This document shows positions 10,093-19,321 of a stretch of DNA of 24,000 bases, piece after piece. Below the pieces are notes generated by a model. That model ran no database searches. It was not told the origin of the DNA and was given only the letters and a program-made list of their open reading frames with translations. A program made the position numbers and the translations under genes. Numbering within the stretch: position 1 is the stretch's first letter; every line of letters begins with the position of its first letter. The stretch comes from Escherichia coli (GTDB lineage: Bacteria; Pseudomonadota; Gammaproteobacteria; Enterobacterales; Enterobacteriaceae): NCBI RefSeq assembly GCF_032382315.1, contig NZ_CP135671.1. One strand, given 5' to 3'.

Positions 10093-12966
10093 ATGACACA
10101 GACGTTAAGCCAGCTTGAAAACAGCGGCGCTTTTATTGAACGCCATATCGGACCGGACGCCGCGCAACAGCAAGAAATGCTGAATGCCGTTGGCGCACAA
10201 TCGTTAAACGCGCTGACCGGCCAGATTGTACCGAAAGATATTCAGCTTGCGACCCCGCCGCAGGTTGGCGCACCGGCGACCGAATACGCCGCACTGGCAG
10301 AACTCAAGGCTATTGCCAGTCGCAATAAACGCTTCACGTCTTACATCGGCATGGGTTACACCGCCGTGCAGCTACCGCCGGTTATCCTGCGTAACATGCT
10401 GGAAAATCCGGGCTGGTATACCGCGTACACTCCGTATCAACCTGAAGTCTCCCAGGGCCGCCTTGAAGCATTGCTCAACTTCCAGCAGGTAACGCTGGAT
10501 TTGACTGGACTGGATATGGCCTCTGCTTCTCTTCTGGACGAGGCCACCGCTGCCGCCGAAGCAATGGCGATGGCGAAACGCGTCAGCAAACTGAAAAATG
10601 CCAACCGCTTCTTCGTGGCTTCCGATGTGCATCCGCAAACTCTGGATGTGGTCCGTACTCGTGCCGAAACCTTTGGTTTTGAAGTGATTGTCGATGACGC
10701 GCAAAAAGTGCTCGACCATCAGGACGTCTTCGGCGTGCTGTTACAGCAGGTAGGCACTACCGGTGAAATTCACGACTACACTGCGCTTATTAGCGAACTG
10801 AAATCACGCAAAATTGTGGTCAGCGTTGCCGCCGATATTATGGCGCTGGTGCTGTTAACTGCGCCGGGTAAACAGGGCGCGGATATTGTTTTTGGTTCGG
10901 CGCAACGCTTCGGCGTGCCGATGGGCTACGGTGGCCCACACGCGGCATTCTTTGCGGCGAAAGATGAATACAAACGCTCAATGCCGGGCCGTATTATCGG
11001 TGTATCGAAAGATGCAGCTGGCAATACCGCGCTGCGCATGGCGATGCAGACTCGCGAGCAACATATCCGCCGTGAGAAAGCGAACTCCAACATTTGTACT
11101 TCCCAGGTACTGCTGGCAAACATCGCCAGCCTGTATGCCGTTTATCACGGCCCGGTTGGCCTGAAACGTATCGCTAACCGCATTCACCGTCTGACCGATA
11201 TCCTGGCGGCGGGCCTGCAACAAAAAGGTCTGAAACTGCGCCATGCGCACTATTTCGACACCTTGTGTGTGGAAGTGGCCGACAAAGCGGGCGTACTGAC
11301 GCGTGCCGAAGCGGCTGAAATCAACCTGCGTAGCGATATTCTGAACGCGGTTGGGATCACCCTTGATGAAACAACCACGCGTGAAAACGTAATGCAGCTT
11401 TTCAACGTGCTGCTGGGCGATAACCACGGCCTGGACATCGACACGCTGGACAAAGACGTGGCTCACGACAGCCGCTCTATCCAGCCTGCGATGCTGCGCG
11501 ACGACGAAATCCTCACCCATCCGGTGTTTAATCGCTACCACAGCGAAACCGAAATGATGCGCTATATGCACTCGCTGGAGCGTAAAGATCTGGCGCTGAA
11601 TCAGGCGATGATCCCGCTGGGTTCCTGCACCATGAAACTGAACGCCGCCGCCGAGATGATCCCAATCACCTGGCCGGAATTTGCCGAACTGCACCCGTTT
11701 TGTCCGCCGGAACAGGCTGAAGGTTATCAGCAGATGATTGCGCAGCTGGCTGACTGGCTGGTGAAACTGACCGGTTACGACGCCGTTTGTATGCAGCCGA
11801 ACTCCGGCGCACAGGGCGAATACGCGGGCCTGCTGGCGATTCGTCATTATCATGAAAGCCGCAATGAAGGGCATCGCGATATCTGCCTGATCCCGGCTTC
11901 TGCGCACGGAACTAACCCCGCTTCTGCACATATGGCAGGAATGCAGGTGGTGGTTGTGGCGTGTGATAAAAACGGCAACATCGATCTGACTGATCTGCGC
12001 GCGAAAGCGGAACAGGCGGGCGATAACCTCTCCTGTATCATGGTGACTTATCCTTCTACCCACGGCGTGTATGAAGAAACGATCCGTGAAGTGTGTGAAG
12101 TCGTGCATCAGTTCGGCGGTCAGGTTTACCTTGATGGCGCGAACATGAACGCCCAGGTTGGCATCACCTCGCCGGGCTTTATTGGCGCGGACGTTTCGCA
12201 CCTCAACCTGCATAAAACTTTCTGCATTCCGCACGGCGGTGGTGGTCCGGGTATGGGACCGATCGGTGTGAAAGCGCATCTGGCACCGTTTGTACCGGGT
12301 CATAGCGTGGTGCAAATCGAAGGCATGTTAACCCGTCAGGGCGCAGTTTCTGCGGCACCGTTCGGTAGCGCCTCTATCCTGCCAATCAGCTGGATGTACA
12401 TCCGCATGATGGGCGCAGAAGGGCTGAAAAAAGCAAGCCAGGTGGCAATCCTCAACGCCAACTATATTGCCAGCCGCCTGCAGGATGCCTTCCCGGTGCT
12501 GTATACCGGTCGCGACGGTCGCGTGGCGCACGAATGTATTCTCGATATTCGCCCGCTGAAAGAAGAAACCGGCATCAGCGAGCTGGATATTGCCAAGCGC
12601 CTGATCGACTACGGTTTCCACGCGCCAACGATGTCGTTCCCGGTGGCGGGTACGCTGATGGTTGAACCGACTGAATCTGAAAGCAAAGTGGAACTGGATC
12701 GCTTTATCGACGCGATGCTGGCTATCCGCGCAGAAATCGACCAGGTTAAAGCCGGTGTCTGGCCGCTGGAAGATAACCCGCTGGTGAACGCGCCGCACAT
12801 TCAGAACGAACTGGTCGCCGAGTGGGCGCATCCGTACAGCCGTGAAGTTGCAGTATTCCCGGCAGGTGTGGCAGACAAATACTGGCCGACGGTGAAACGT
12901 CTGGATGATGTTTACGGTGACCGTAACCTGTTCTGCTCCTGCGTACCGATTAGCGAATACCAGTAA
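10093..12966 (+). CDS. gcvP: Glycine dehydrogenase (decarboxylating), P protein
   Basis: 957 aa [30 protein letters not shown]...; PLP site context [18 protein letters not shown]. Confidence 0.99.
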   Translation: MTQTLSQLENSGAFIERHIGPDAAQQQEMLNAVGAQSLNALTGQIVPKDIQLATPPQVGAPATEYAALAELKAIASRNKRFTSYIGMGYTAVQLPPVILRNMLENPGWYTAYTPYQPEVSQGRLEALLNFQQVTLDLTGLDMASASLLDEATAAAEAMAMAKRVSKLKNANRFFVASDVHPQTLDVVRTRAETFGFEVIVDDAQKVLDHQDVFGVLLQQVGTTGEIHDYTALISELKSRKIVVSVAADIMALVLLTAPGKQGADIVFGSAQRFGVPMGYGGPHAAFFAAKDEYKRSMPGRIIGVSKDAAGNTALRMAMQTREQHIRREKANSNICTSQVLLANIASLYAVYHGPVGLKRIANRIHRLTDILAAGLQQKGLKLRHAHYFDTLCVEVADKAGVLTRAEAAEINLRSDILNAVGITLDETTTRENVMQLFNVLLGDNHGLDIDTLDKDVAHDSRSIQPAMLRDDEILTHPVFNRYHSETEMMRYMHSLERKDLALNQAMIPLGSCTMKLNAAAEMIPITWPEFAELHPFCPPEQAEGYQQMIAQLADWLVKLTGYDAVCMQPNSGAQGEYAGLLAIRHYHESRNEGHRDICLIPASAHGTNPASAHMAGMQVVVVACDKNGNIDLTDLRAKAEQAGDNLSCIMVTYPSTHGVYEETIREVCEVVHQFGGQVYLDGANMNAQVGITSPGFIGADVSHLNLHKTFCIPHGGGGPGMGPIGVKAHLAPFVPGHSVVQIEGMLTRQGAVSAAPFGSASILPISWMYIRMMGAEGLKKASQVAILNANYIASRLQDAFPVLYTGRDGRVAHECILDIRPLKEETGISELDIAKRLIDYGFHAPTMSFPVAGTLMVEPTESESKVELDRFIDAMLAIRAEIDQVKAGVWPLEDNPLVNAPHIQNELVAEWAHPYSREVAVFPAGVADKYWPTVKRLDDVYGDRNLFCSCVPISEYQ

Positions 12967-12988
12967 TTCACTGATTCGACTATCTTCT

Positions 12989-13010
12989 AAAGGCGCTTCG
13001 GCGCCTTTTT
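12989..13010 (+). terminator. Rho-independent terminator of gcvTHP operon
   Basis: AAAGGCGCTTCGGCGCCTTTTT, GC hairpin with TTCG loop and T run. Confidence 0.95.
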
Positions 13011-13047
13011 AGTCAGATGACAAAGTACAAAAGCGCTCAGACAGTCC

Positions 13048-13066
13048 CCTCACCCCTTTGGGGAGG
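13048..13066. repeat. Partial intergenic hairpin element at probable island left boundary
   Basis: CCTCACCCCTTTGGGGAGG; resembles the first hairpin of the element at 9985-10056 but the partner half is absent; followed by TTGATATCAA palindrome at 13072-13081. Confidence 0.5.
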
Positions 13067-13231
13067 ATCTATTGATATCAACTGATTTCAACAGAGCTAA
13101 CCCCTCCCCCTTTAACCCCCTTTGAAATAAGATATCATCAGAAATTCCTTTTCTCTGGGGGTCAATCATATTCCATGAACATCAAGATGATTTTGGGGGC
13201 TATTCTGGGGGCTACATTTCAGGGGTAACTC

Positions 13232-14425
13232 ATGCCACTTACTGTTCGACAAATTGAGTCGGCTAAACCTGCTGACAAGGATTACAAACTTTCTGACGGT
13301 CAGGGCCTTTATCTTCTTGTCAAAAAATCCGGTGCCCGTTACTGGAATCTGAAGTACCGGTTTGCCGGTAAGGAAAAGAAACTGGTGATTGGTGTCTATC
13401 CTGACATATCACTGGCTCAGGCTCGTCAGAAGCGGGATGAAGCACGTAAACTTCTGGCTGAAGGCAAAGATCCGTCGTATGAAAAACAGGCGCGAAAACT
13501 TGCCATCAGGGAAAGTATGGCCTGCACATTTCGCACCATTGCAGAGGAGCTGCTTACTCATATGGCACGTCGATGGACAACAGGTTACCAGGCAGACCAG
13601 CGTGCAAGACTTGAAAATCATGTTTTCCCTGCTCTTGGAAACCGTCCTGTGACCGGGATCCGCCCCATGGAAATACTGAACGTCCTGAGGAGTATAGAAG
13701 AACAGGGAAAACTTGAAGCACTGCGTAAAACACGCCAGCTCTGTGCGCAGGTTTTTGATTATGCCATAGCAACAGGACGTGCAACCGTTAATCCGGCATC
13801 GACACTCAGCGGGGTACTGCTTCCTCCGGAAAAACAACAGCGCAGGACGCTTTCTGAAGAACAGATAGGAGCTTTCATGCATCAGATAACGGCTTCCGGA
13901 AATCTGATGTCGCTGGCAACGCGGATGCTGGTTTTGACTGCTGTTCGCACCGGAGAACTGCGACTGGCAACCTGGGACGAAATTAATTTCACGGATGCCC
14001 TGTGGGTTATTCCGAAAGAAAGAATGAAAATGCGACGACCGCACGTTGTGCCGCTTTCACGCCAGGTACTGGCGTTACTGGAGGAGATAAAAACACGCAC
14101 TGAATCGCGTAATTCCGCCTTTATTATTCCCGGGGCATTCAGAAAAGATCTCCCGCGAAACCGGAAGTGTATCAATGAATTCCTTGAGCAGTCAGGCTGG
14201 CATGCCCTGACAACAGCCCACGGATTTCGTCATACCTTCAGCACCATTCTCCATGACCATGATTTCAGCTCAGCCTGGATTGAACTCCAGCTTGCCCATG
14301 TTGATAAAAACGTCATGCGTGGCACTTATAACCATGCGCAATATCTGGAGGGACGTCGTGAAATGATGCAGTGGTACGCTGATTACATTGATTCACTTAT
14401 GGAGAAAAAAGTACAAACGAAATAA
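13232..14425 (+). CDS. P4-type tyrosine site-specific integrase
   Basis: 397 aa; N-terminal arm-binding domain (MPLTVRQIESAKPADKDYKLSDGQGLYLLVKKSGARYWNLKYRFAGKEKKLVIGVYP), catalytic region TAVRTGELR, HGFRHTFST, LAHVDKNVMRGTYNHAQYLEGRREMMQWYADYI. Confidence 0.95.
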   Translation: MPLTVRQIESAKPADKDYKLSDGQGLYLLVKKSGARYWNLKYRFAGKEKKLVIGVYPDISLAQARQKRDEARKLLAEGKDPSYEKQARKLAIRESMACTFRTIAEELLTHMARRWTTGYQADQRARLENHVFPALGNRPVTGIRPMEILNVLRSIEEQGKLEALRKTRQLCAQVFDYAIATGRATVNPASTLSGVLLPPEKQQRRTLSEEQIGAFMHQITASGNLMSLATRMLVLTAVRTGELRLATWDEINFTDALWVIPKERMKMRRPHVVPLSRQVLALLEEIKTRTESRNSAFIIPGAFRKDLPRNRKCINEFLEQSGWHALTTAHGFRHTFSTILHDHDFSSAWIELQLAHVDKNVMRGTYNHAQYLEGRREMMQWYADYIDSLMEKKVQTK

Positions 14426-14427
14426 GT

Positions 14428-14460
14428 CCTCCCCACTAACCGCTGTGGTTGGTGGGGAGG
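14428..14460. repeat. Strong stem-loop immediately after integrase stop
   Basis: CCTCCCCACTAACC-GCTGT-GGTTGGTGGGGAGG: 14-bp arms with a single G.U-compatible position; no downstream U tract. Confidence 0.8.
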
Positions 14461-14790
14461 TAACTACCATTTGTATTTTTTGATTTCTGACTTCAGGAGA
14501 TATATTCAATATCATCTGATGAGCGCACTAAGACGCCTTACCAAAATGATGATAGCTTCACATCGTCATTTTCATATAGCAGCACACTGCTGTTCTGACC
14601 TCGCAGCCACATTTCTACAGCATCATTACCAGTCAGGCTGATTGCTCCTCATTGAAAAATGAATCCATGACTAACACAAAAATATCTCTGGCCTGCTGTT
14701 ACCGTTATGAGAAGAAACTTGATACAAACTGCCGTGGGTTTTATTCTTGAAGAACCATAAGTTTTTCCAGATTTACAACAGATTCAGCAT

Positions 14791-15846
14791 ATGAACAGAT
14801 TACGCTTTGAAGTGAAGAATGATCAGGGCTGCTTCATTTTCCCGGAAACCTGGTATGAATCACTACTGGAGAAGTTTGACGAACTGCTTGACGCCTTTGA
14901 CGAGGATGAGCTCAGCGACAGGTCTTATATCAATGCCCTGAAGCGTATCACACAACAGGAACCGGATTTTATTGATGCGTATGCATACATGGCATATGCC
15001 TTTCTGGAGCAGGAGACACCGCGAAAAGCGCTGAATATTGCACTCAAAGGACTGGCGGCAGGTAACCGACTGATACCCGAAGGTTTCACCGATGAAATCA
15101 GCTGGTTACATCCGGAAAACAGGCCCTTTCTGAATGCCCTTTACGCCGCTATCCTCGCGAATGTGCACCTGCAGCATCATCAGAATGCTGTCATGCTCAT
15201 TGATAAAATTCTGACTTACAATCCTTCAGATAATCCGGGAGCACGCTGGTTACTGGGACCGGAACTACTGCGTTCTGGTGACCATGAACGGGCTCTCTGT
15301 GTTCTCCGGCAGTATGCAGATGAATTTTCGCCTTACTGGTATGAGCTTGGTCTTCTGCATTTTATTAATGGAGAGCCGGTGAAGGCAGCGACAGCTTTCC
15401 GGCGCGGCTTTGCAGAAAATACTTATATCGCGGAGATTCTATGCGGAAATCTGTACCCCTTCCCGCTTGCCCTTTGGCATGATTATTCATCTGAGCCGGA
15501 TACAGCCAGACAGTATTATGAAACATTCTGCCCGTTATGGGGAAAATATCCCGAGGCATTGTTATTTGTTAACTGGCTCTACAACCAGTCTGGCGTACTG
15601 AGCGAACGGGCTGAATTCATGAAGTGTGCTGAAATGCTGTTAAGGGCAGATGATCAGGAAATGAATGAAAGCATTTTTCAGCAGCGGGAGCTCTTACGGG
15701 AAAGAATTGATGATCGTCTTTCTGAGGAAATCGTTCAGAAATTACGGACATTGAACGGGGAGGAGATCTGGCCCTGGATGTTACCGTTTTCCGGAGAACT
15801 GATCCCCGCAGACATTTGCTTTCAGAACAGTCTGAAATATCAGTAA
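14791..15846 (+). CDS. Tetratricopeptide-repeat-like island protein, unknown function (351 aa)
   Basis: Clean ORF MNRLRFEVKNDQGCFIFPETWYESLLEKFDELLDAFDEDELSD...; repeats such as PDFIDAYAYMAYAFLEQETPRKALNIALKGLAAGN and FSPYWYELGLLHFINGEPVKAATAFRRGF fit TPR helical hairpins. Confidence 0.75.
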   Translation: MNRLRFEVKNDQGCFIFPETWYESLLEKFDELLDAFDEDELSDRSYINALKRITQQEPDFIDAYAYMAYAFLEQETPRKALNIALKGLAAGNRLIPEGFTDEISWLHPENRPFLNALYAAILANVHLQHHQNAVMLIDKILTYNPSDNPGARWLLGPELLRSGDHERALCVLRQYADEFSPYWYELGLLHFINGEPVKAATAFRRGFAENTYIAEILCGNLYPFPLALWHDYSSEPDTARQYYETFCPLWGKYPEALLFVNWLYNQSGVLSERAEFMKCAEMLLRADDQEMNESIFQQRELLRERIDDRLSEEIVQKLRTLNGEEIWPWMLPFSGELIPADICFQNSLKYQ

Positions 15847-15947
15847 TATCTGCACCAGGATGCCATTCCGGGGTCAGTAAGGATCTTCCCCCTGACCTGG
15901 ACAAATGTAATGAAACTCAGCTAAGCCCCAGAAGAGCAGGCATATAG

Positions 15948-16328
15948 TCAACCGAGGTCGCTGCAATAAACCATCGCGCTTTGATTCCCCCGATGAAGAG
16001 GTGACTGGCAGCGACTTCCTGAGCGACGACTTGTCTTTCCATCAATAGCGACTACCTGAGAAGATAAAACAGGAAGGACTTCTGAACCCCATCGCCGGAA
16101 CGCAGCTTCAAACTGCTCAGGGACAATCAGCCCAAAAAGACGGGCGAATGTATCATGGGAAGGTATGCCATTTTTTAGAGGTAAAAAACTGGCGGAGCCA
16201 CTCAATGCGTTGCCTGCCCAGAGCTCAATTTCCTGAAAATTATCCGCACCGACCAGCACACCACAAACGGCAATGGTCAATGTATCAACCAGAGTGTGCC
16301 TGACTTGTCCAGGGCTGACAGGGATCAT
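15948..16328 (-). mobile_element. ISAs1-family transposase fragment (N- and C-truncated)
   Basis: VRHTLVDTLTIAVCGVLVGADNFQEIELWAG...NGIPSHDTFARLFGLIVPEQFEAAFRRW...VVAIDGKTSRRSG is the conserved N-terminal part of ISAs1/H-repeat transposases; conservation is lost below ~16017 and the remaining ~250 aa are missing. Confidence 0.88.
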
Positions 16329-16440
16329 GTATTGAGATGAATATATCGGTAACCGGCGGTATATGAGACATAATATATCCCTTTGATAAAAAAGGTTATG
16401 TTGACATATTTATCCTGCATGTCACGTATCATTATTTTTC

Positions 16441-16578
16441 ATGCGATTGCCCTGCGGTTACCACCGCTCACAGTTAGTAAAGGACTGGGCGGAAGTGGTC
16501 AATATAAGGTTGCATTACCTTCCTCCTTATAGTCCGAATCTGAATCCGATTGAACGGATGTGGAAAAATGCTGCTTAA
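16441..16578 (+). mobile_element. IS630-family transposase C-terminal relic
   Basis: In-frame GYHRSQLVKDWAEVVNIRLHYLPPYSPNLNPIERMWKNAA* ; LPPYSPNLNPIE is the hallmark third-acidic-residue motif of IS630 DDE transposases. Not in the supplied ORF track because no start remains. Confidence 0.85.
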
Positions 16579-16890
16579 TAGTATTGATGTTCATCTTTAT
16601 GCCTCTAAAATAAAGCATAAGATCACAACAGGCTCAGCAGGTCAATCACTCTATTTTTGTTCAAAAAACGTTCATGATCTTGCCCTACCCAATTTTGTGG
16701 GTAAGGATATGCGATGAAATTCTCCTTGCAGTTTAATACAACCTTTCCATATTAAGCGGCAGTATTACCTGCCAGTCAGGATAATTTTACACCTAATGTT
16801 AGTTAAAATTTGTGCAACTTGAAACAATAATACTACAGTATCCACTATCGTCAGCACACCTCAAATACTATTTTTTATGAAACGTTTATT

Positions 16891-17547
16891 TTATAAATCA
16901 TTATCAATCAAACTCAGGAATGTATCTCTGGCATAATTACCAACGATGTTGGTTGTTATCGCATCAAGACTACCACCAACGATTCCTCCTACAACAGGAA
17001 CAAACTTTGACATATTAATAACACCAGTAGCACCTGTTTTTGTAAGCAGTCTGAAACCGACTGCCTTATTTATCTTTACAATAATATCTTTACTAATACA
17101 TCTAATTGCATTTGTTGTCAACTTTTGTCCTATCTGAATTCCTGCTTCCTTCAAAATATCTTTCGCAGCATTACCTACAAGACAGGTATAAACAATAGTT
17201 CTGACTTTATCATCACGAATATCCTGGCCACACATGATCGCAATAGATGCAACCATCCTGACCTGAATGAAAAGGACACTTGAAATATTGGTCGGTATAG
17301 TTACTGGTAATGTAATAATTCCTCCAAGACCAGTAAGAAAACCTGATGTGGCTGACTTGGTATTTTGCCATCGAATAAGGCTATTTATCTGTTCTTTTAA
17401 ACTACTACCCGTTTTCAGATAACTTTCCGCAAGACTATGTGCCGTATCAATTCCTGGGATACCAATACCATCGATGGATTTTTCATAAGCGTAATCCAGA
17501 AATTTTATGATTTTTGATGGCGTGAGAATATTTTCATTATCAGTCAT
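16891..17547 (-). CDS. EcsC family protein
   Basis: MTDNENILTPSKIIKFLDYAYEKSIDGIGIPGIDTAHSLAESYLK...SGFLTGLGGIITLPVTIPTNISSVLFIQVRMVASIAIMCGQDIRDDKVRTIVYTCLVGNAAKDILKEAG...VPVVGGIVGGSLDAITTNIVGNYARDTF, characteristic EcsC-family glycine-rich and helical segments; 218 aa from internal ATG at 17547. Confidence 0.8.
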   Translation of the reverse strand: MTDNENILTPSKIIKFLDYAYEKSIDGIGIPGIDTAHSLAESYLKTGSSLKEQINSLIRWQNTKSATSGFLTGLGGIITLPVTIPTNISSVLFIQVRMVASIAIMCGQDIRDDKVRTIVYTCLVGNAAKDILKEAGIQIGQKLTTNAIRCISKDIIVKINKAVGFRLLTKTGATGVINMSKFVPVVGGIVGGSLDAITTNIVGNYARDTFLSLIDNDL

Positions 17548-17638
17548 ACAACAAAACACCTAAAAATTTCACGATCACTTTCTAAAAACTATCTCCGACA
17601 GATATCGGAACACCAGTATTATCACCAATTAAATAATA

Positions 17639-17830
17639 TTATTTTTTGAGAAACAATTGTATTGCTCTGGCAAAAAGATTTTCTGTAATTGTAGCCTTAC
17701 GTTTATAAATAACTTTCTCTCCACACACAGGACATTCATAAAATCCTGCTGTACAATTCATATGAATAATAGTTTTACTCCATTGACAATTTGTACAGAT
17801 AAATGTAATGGGTGGACAGGGAAAAATCAT
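17639..17830 (-). CDS. Small zinc-ribbon protein (63 aa)
   Basis: MIFPCPPITFICTNCQWSKTIIHMNCTAGFYECPVCGEKVIYKRKATITENLFARAIQLFLKK; CxxC...CPVC pairs; same strand and ~90 bp from EcsC-family gene. Confidence 0.65.
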   Translation of the reverse strand: MIFPCPPITFICTNCQWSKTIIHMNCTAGFYECPVCGEKVIYKRKATITENLFARAIQLFLKK

Positions 17831-17920
17831 TGGCTCACACTCTCGATATATAAATAACACTTACAGGGACATGTAAATATTTTCGATTTATCCCTATAAA
17901 AATAACTTCACCTCCAGTAA

Positions 17921-18274
17921 TCAATTCAGTTCTGTAAGACGATCGATTATTTTACGTAGTTCATCTGCAGAATCACATGTATCCAGTGAAATTTTTATTC
18001 TAAAATTCTTTAACCAATTAGCAGCCTCCTGATCTTCACGCCATAAACGCTCCCCGCTCCAATCCCCCCTAAAACATAGAGCAGCAATAGCCAATCCTCT
18101 GCATGCTGGCCGATTATGCTCAGATGTATTATTTTGGTTATAAAAATCGTTAATTCTTTCTACCGGAGATGATTTTATTTTATCCCACACATTGAAATTA
18201 GCTTTTTTCATCGTTTCAGCAGCAGCATTAGAAGCAAGCTTACCGAATCCCATTATAGCATCCCAAAATCCCAT
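17921..18274 (-). CDS. Hypothetical protein (117 aa), first gene of EcsC cluster
   Basis: ORF MGFWDAIMGFGKLASNAAAETMKKANFNVWDKIKSSPVERINDFYNQ...CRGLAIAALCFRGDWSGERLWREDQEAANWLKNFRIKISL...; ~90 bp upstream of the Zn-ribbon gene. Confidence 0.6.
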   Translation of the reverse strand: MGFWDAIMGFGKLASNAAAETMKKANFNVWDKIKSSPVERINDFYNQNNTSEHNRPACRGLAIAALCFRGDWSGERLWREDQEAANWLKNFRIKISLDTCDSADELRKIIDRLTELN

Positions 18275-18486
18275 ATATCACCTTATGCTATATAATATCT
18301 AAATGAGTATCTAATCTTTTAGAACCACTATTTGGACAATGGTTTTACGCCACTTACATCTGGTACAAATGAATGTAACCGGGGGCTGAGGAAGTGCCAT
18401 GAAGGTACGTGTCTGTTGTATTAAACTATCAAATCAGACCACACGCTGCGATTTTGAATTTAACAACGTGTAGTCAGATATTACAT

Positions 18487-19236
18487 TCAGAAGCTGTATG
18501 TAGCACCTAACGTAAATTCGTTACTTCTGACATCAACAGAGGATTTATATGTATCCTGCCCGTCTTCATACGTCAGGGTTGAATCACCTGCATCAAGATA
18601 GCGATAAGCAAGGTCAAGACTGAAATCCGGGGTGACCTCATATTTCACGCCAACACCAAGGCTCCATGCGAAATTGTTATCATATCCCGAGTAATGTAAT
18701 GAAGAAGCATCACTTACTTCACCTGATTTATTCCAGGAGGTATCGGTGTATGTTGCCTTATGATGTACCCGCGCATAACCCAGTCCGGCTGATACCCACG
18801 GAGTGAAAGCACTGCTGTTTCTGAAATCATAATACGTGTTCACCATCAGGGTATTCACGCTGAGCCTGTTTTGTGTGTCTTCCTTCCAACCATTATCTCC
18901 AGACGGGGACTCCCATGTATCCAGTGGATAGCGGGAATTCGCAGAGCCGCGACCATAGAATTCAACTTCCGTGCGTACAGGGACATTGTAGTGCTGATAA
19001 AAGTCGTATCCCACCGCAAGGCCAGCACCAAAAACCGTATCGATCTTGTCACCGCCTTTATACTTATAAACATCATCCCCAAAGTCCTGACTAAAGCGCT
19101 GATTATCCTGAGTGATAACAGATGCACCAGCCTTACCCGTGATATAGAAACCGGTTTTATCCGCATCTGCCAGCGTCAGCGTTGAAAACGTACCGGTAAG
19201 CGCAGCTACCGCAGTGAGTGCCAGTAACTTTTTCAC
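18487..19236 (-). CDS. Tia/Hek/Hra1-family outer-membrane beta-barrel adhesin/invasin (249 aa)
   Basis: Signal peptide MKKLLALTAVAALTGTFSTLTLA; TGFYITGKAGASVI...YKGGDKIDTVFGAGLAVGYDFY...SVNTLMVNTYYDFRNSSAFTPWVSAGLGYARVH...NFAWSLGVGVKYEVTPDFSLDLAYRYLDAGD...GATYSF with terminal Phe. Confidence 0.88.
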   Translation of the reverse strand: MKKLLALTAVAALTGTFSTLTLADADKTGFYITGKAGASVITQDNQRFSQDFGDDVYKYKGGDKIDTVFGAGLAVGYDFYQHYNVPVRTEVEFYGRGSANSRYPLDTWESPSGDNGWKEDTQNRLSVNTLMVNTYYDFRNSSAFTPWVSAGLGYARVHHKATYTDTSWNKSGEVSDASSLHYSGYDNNFAWSLGVGVKYEVTPDFSLDLAYRYLDAGDSTLTYEDGQDTYKSSVDVRSNEFTLGATYSF

Positions 19237-19321
19237 AATCCACCTCTCCTGATGTTTCCTTCAGACATATGAATTTGTCCAATTTTAAGACGGATTTCTC
19301 ATTGGTAAAATGAATTGTACA

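Noticed and set aside
10978-12315. 445-aa minus-strand ORF opposite gcvP
   Set aside because: Mirror ORF within a highly conserved, GC-rich, codon-biased gene; low-complexity/atypical composition (Arg/His/Val rich) and no recognisable domain.
14460-14790. Possible coding remnants between the integrase and TPR gene
   Set aside because: No frame longer than a few tens of codons and no recognisable motif.
16685-16711. CCCTACCCA-ATTTTG-TGGGTAAGG inverted repeat
   Set aside because: Short, imperfect arms in AT-rich DNA; could be an IS end or chance hairpin, insufficient to call.
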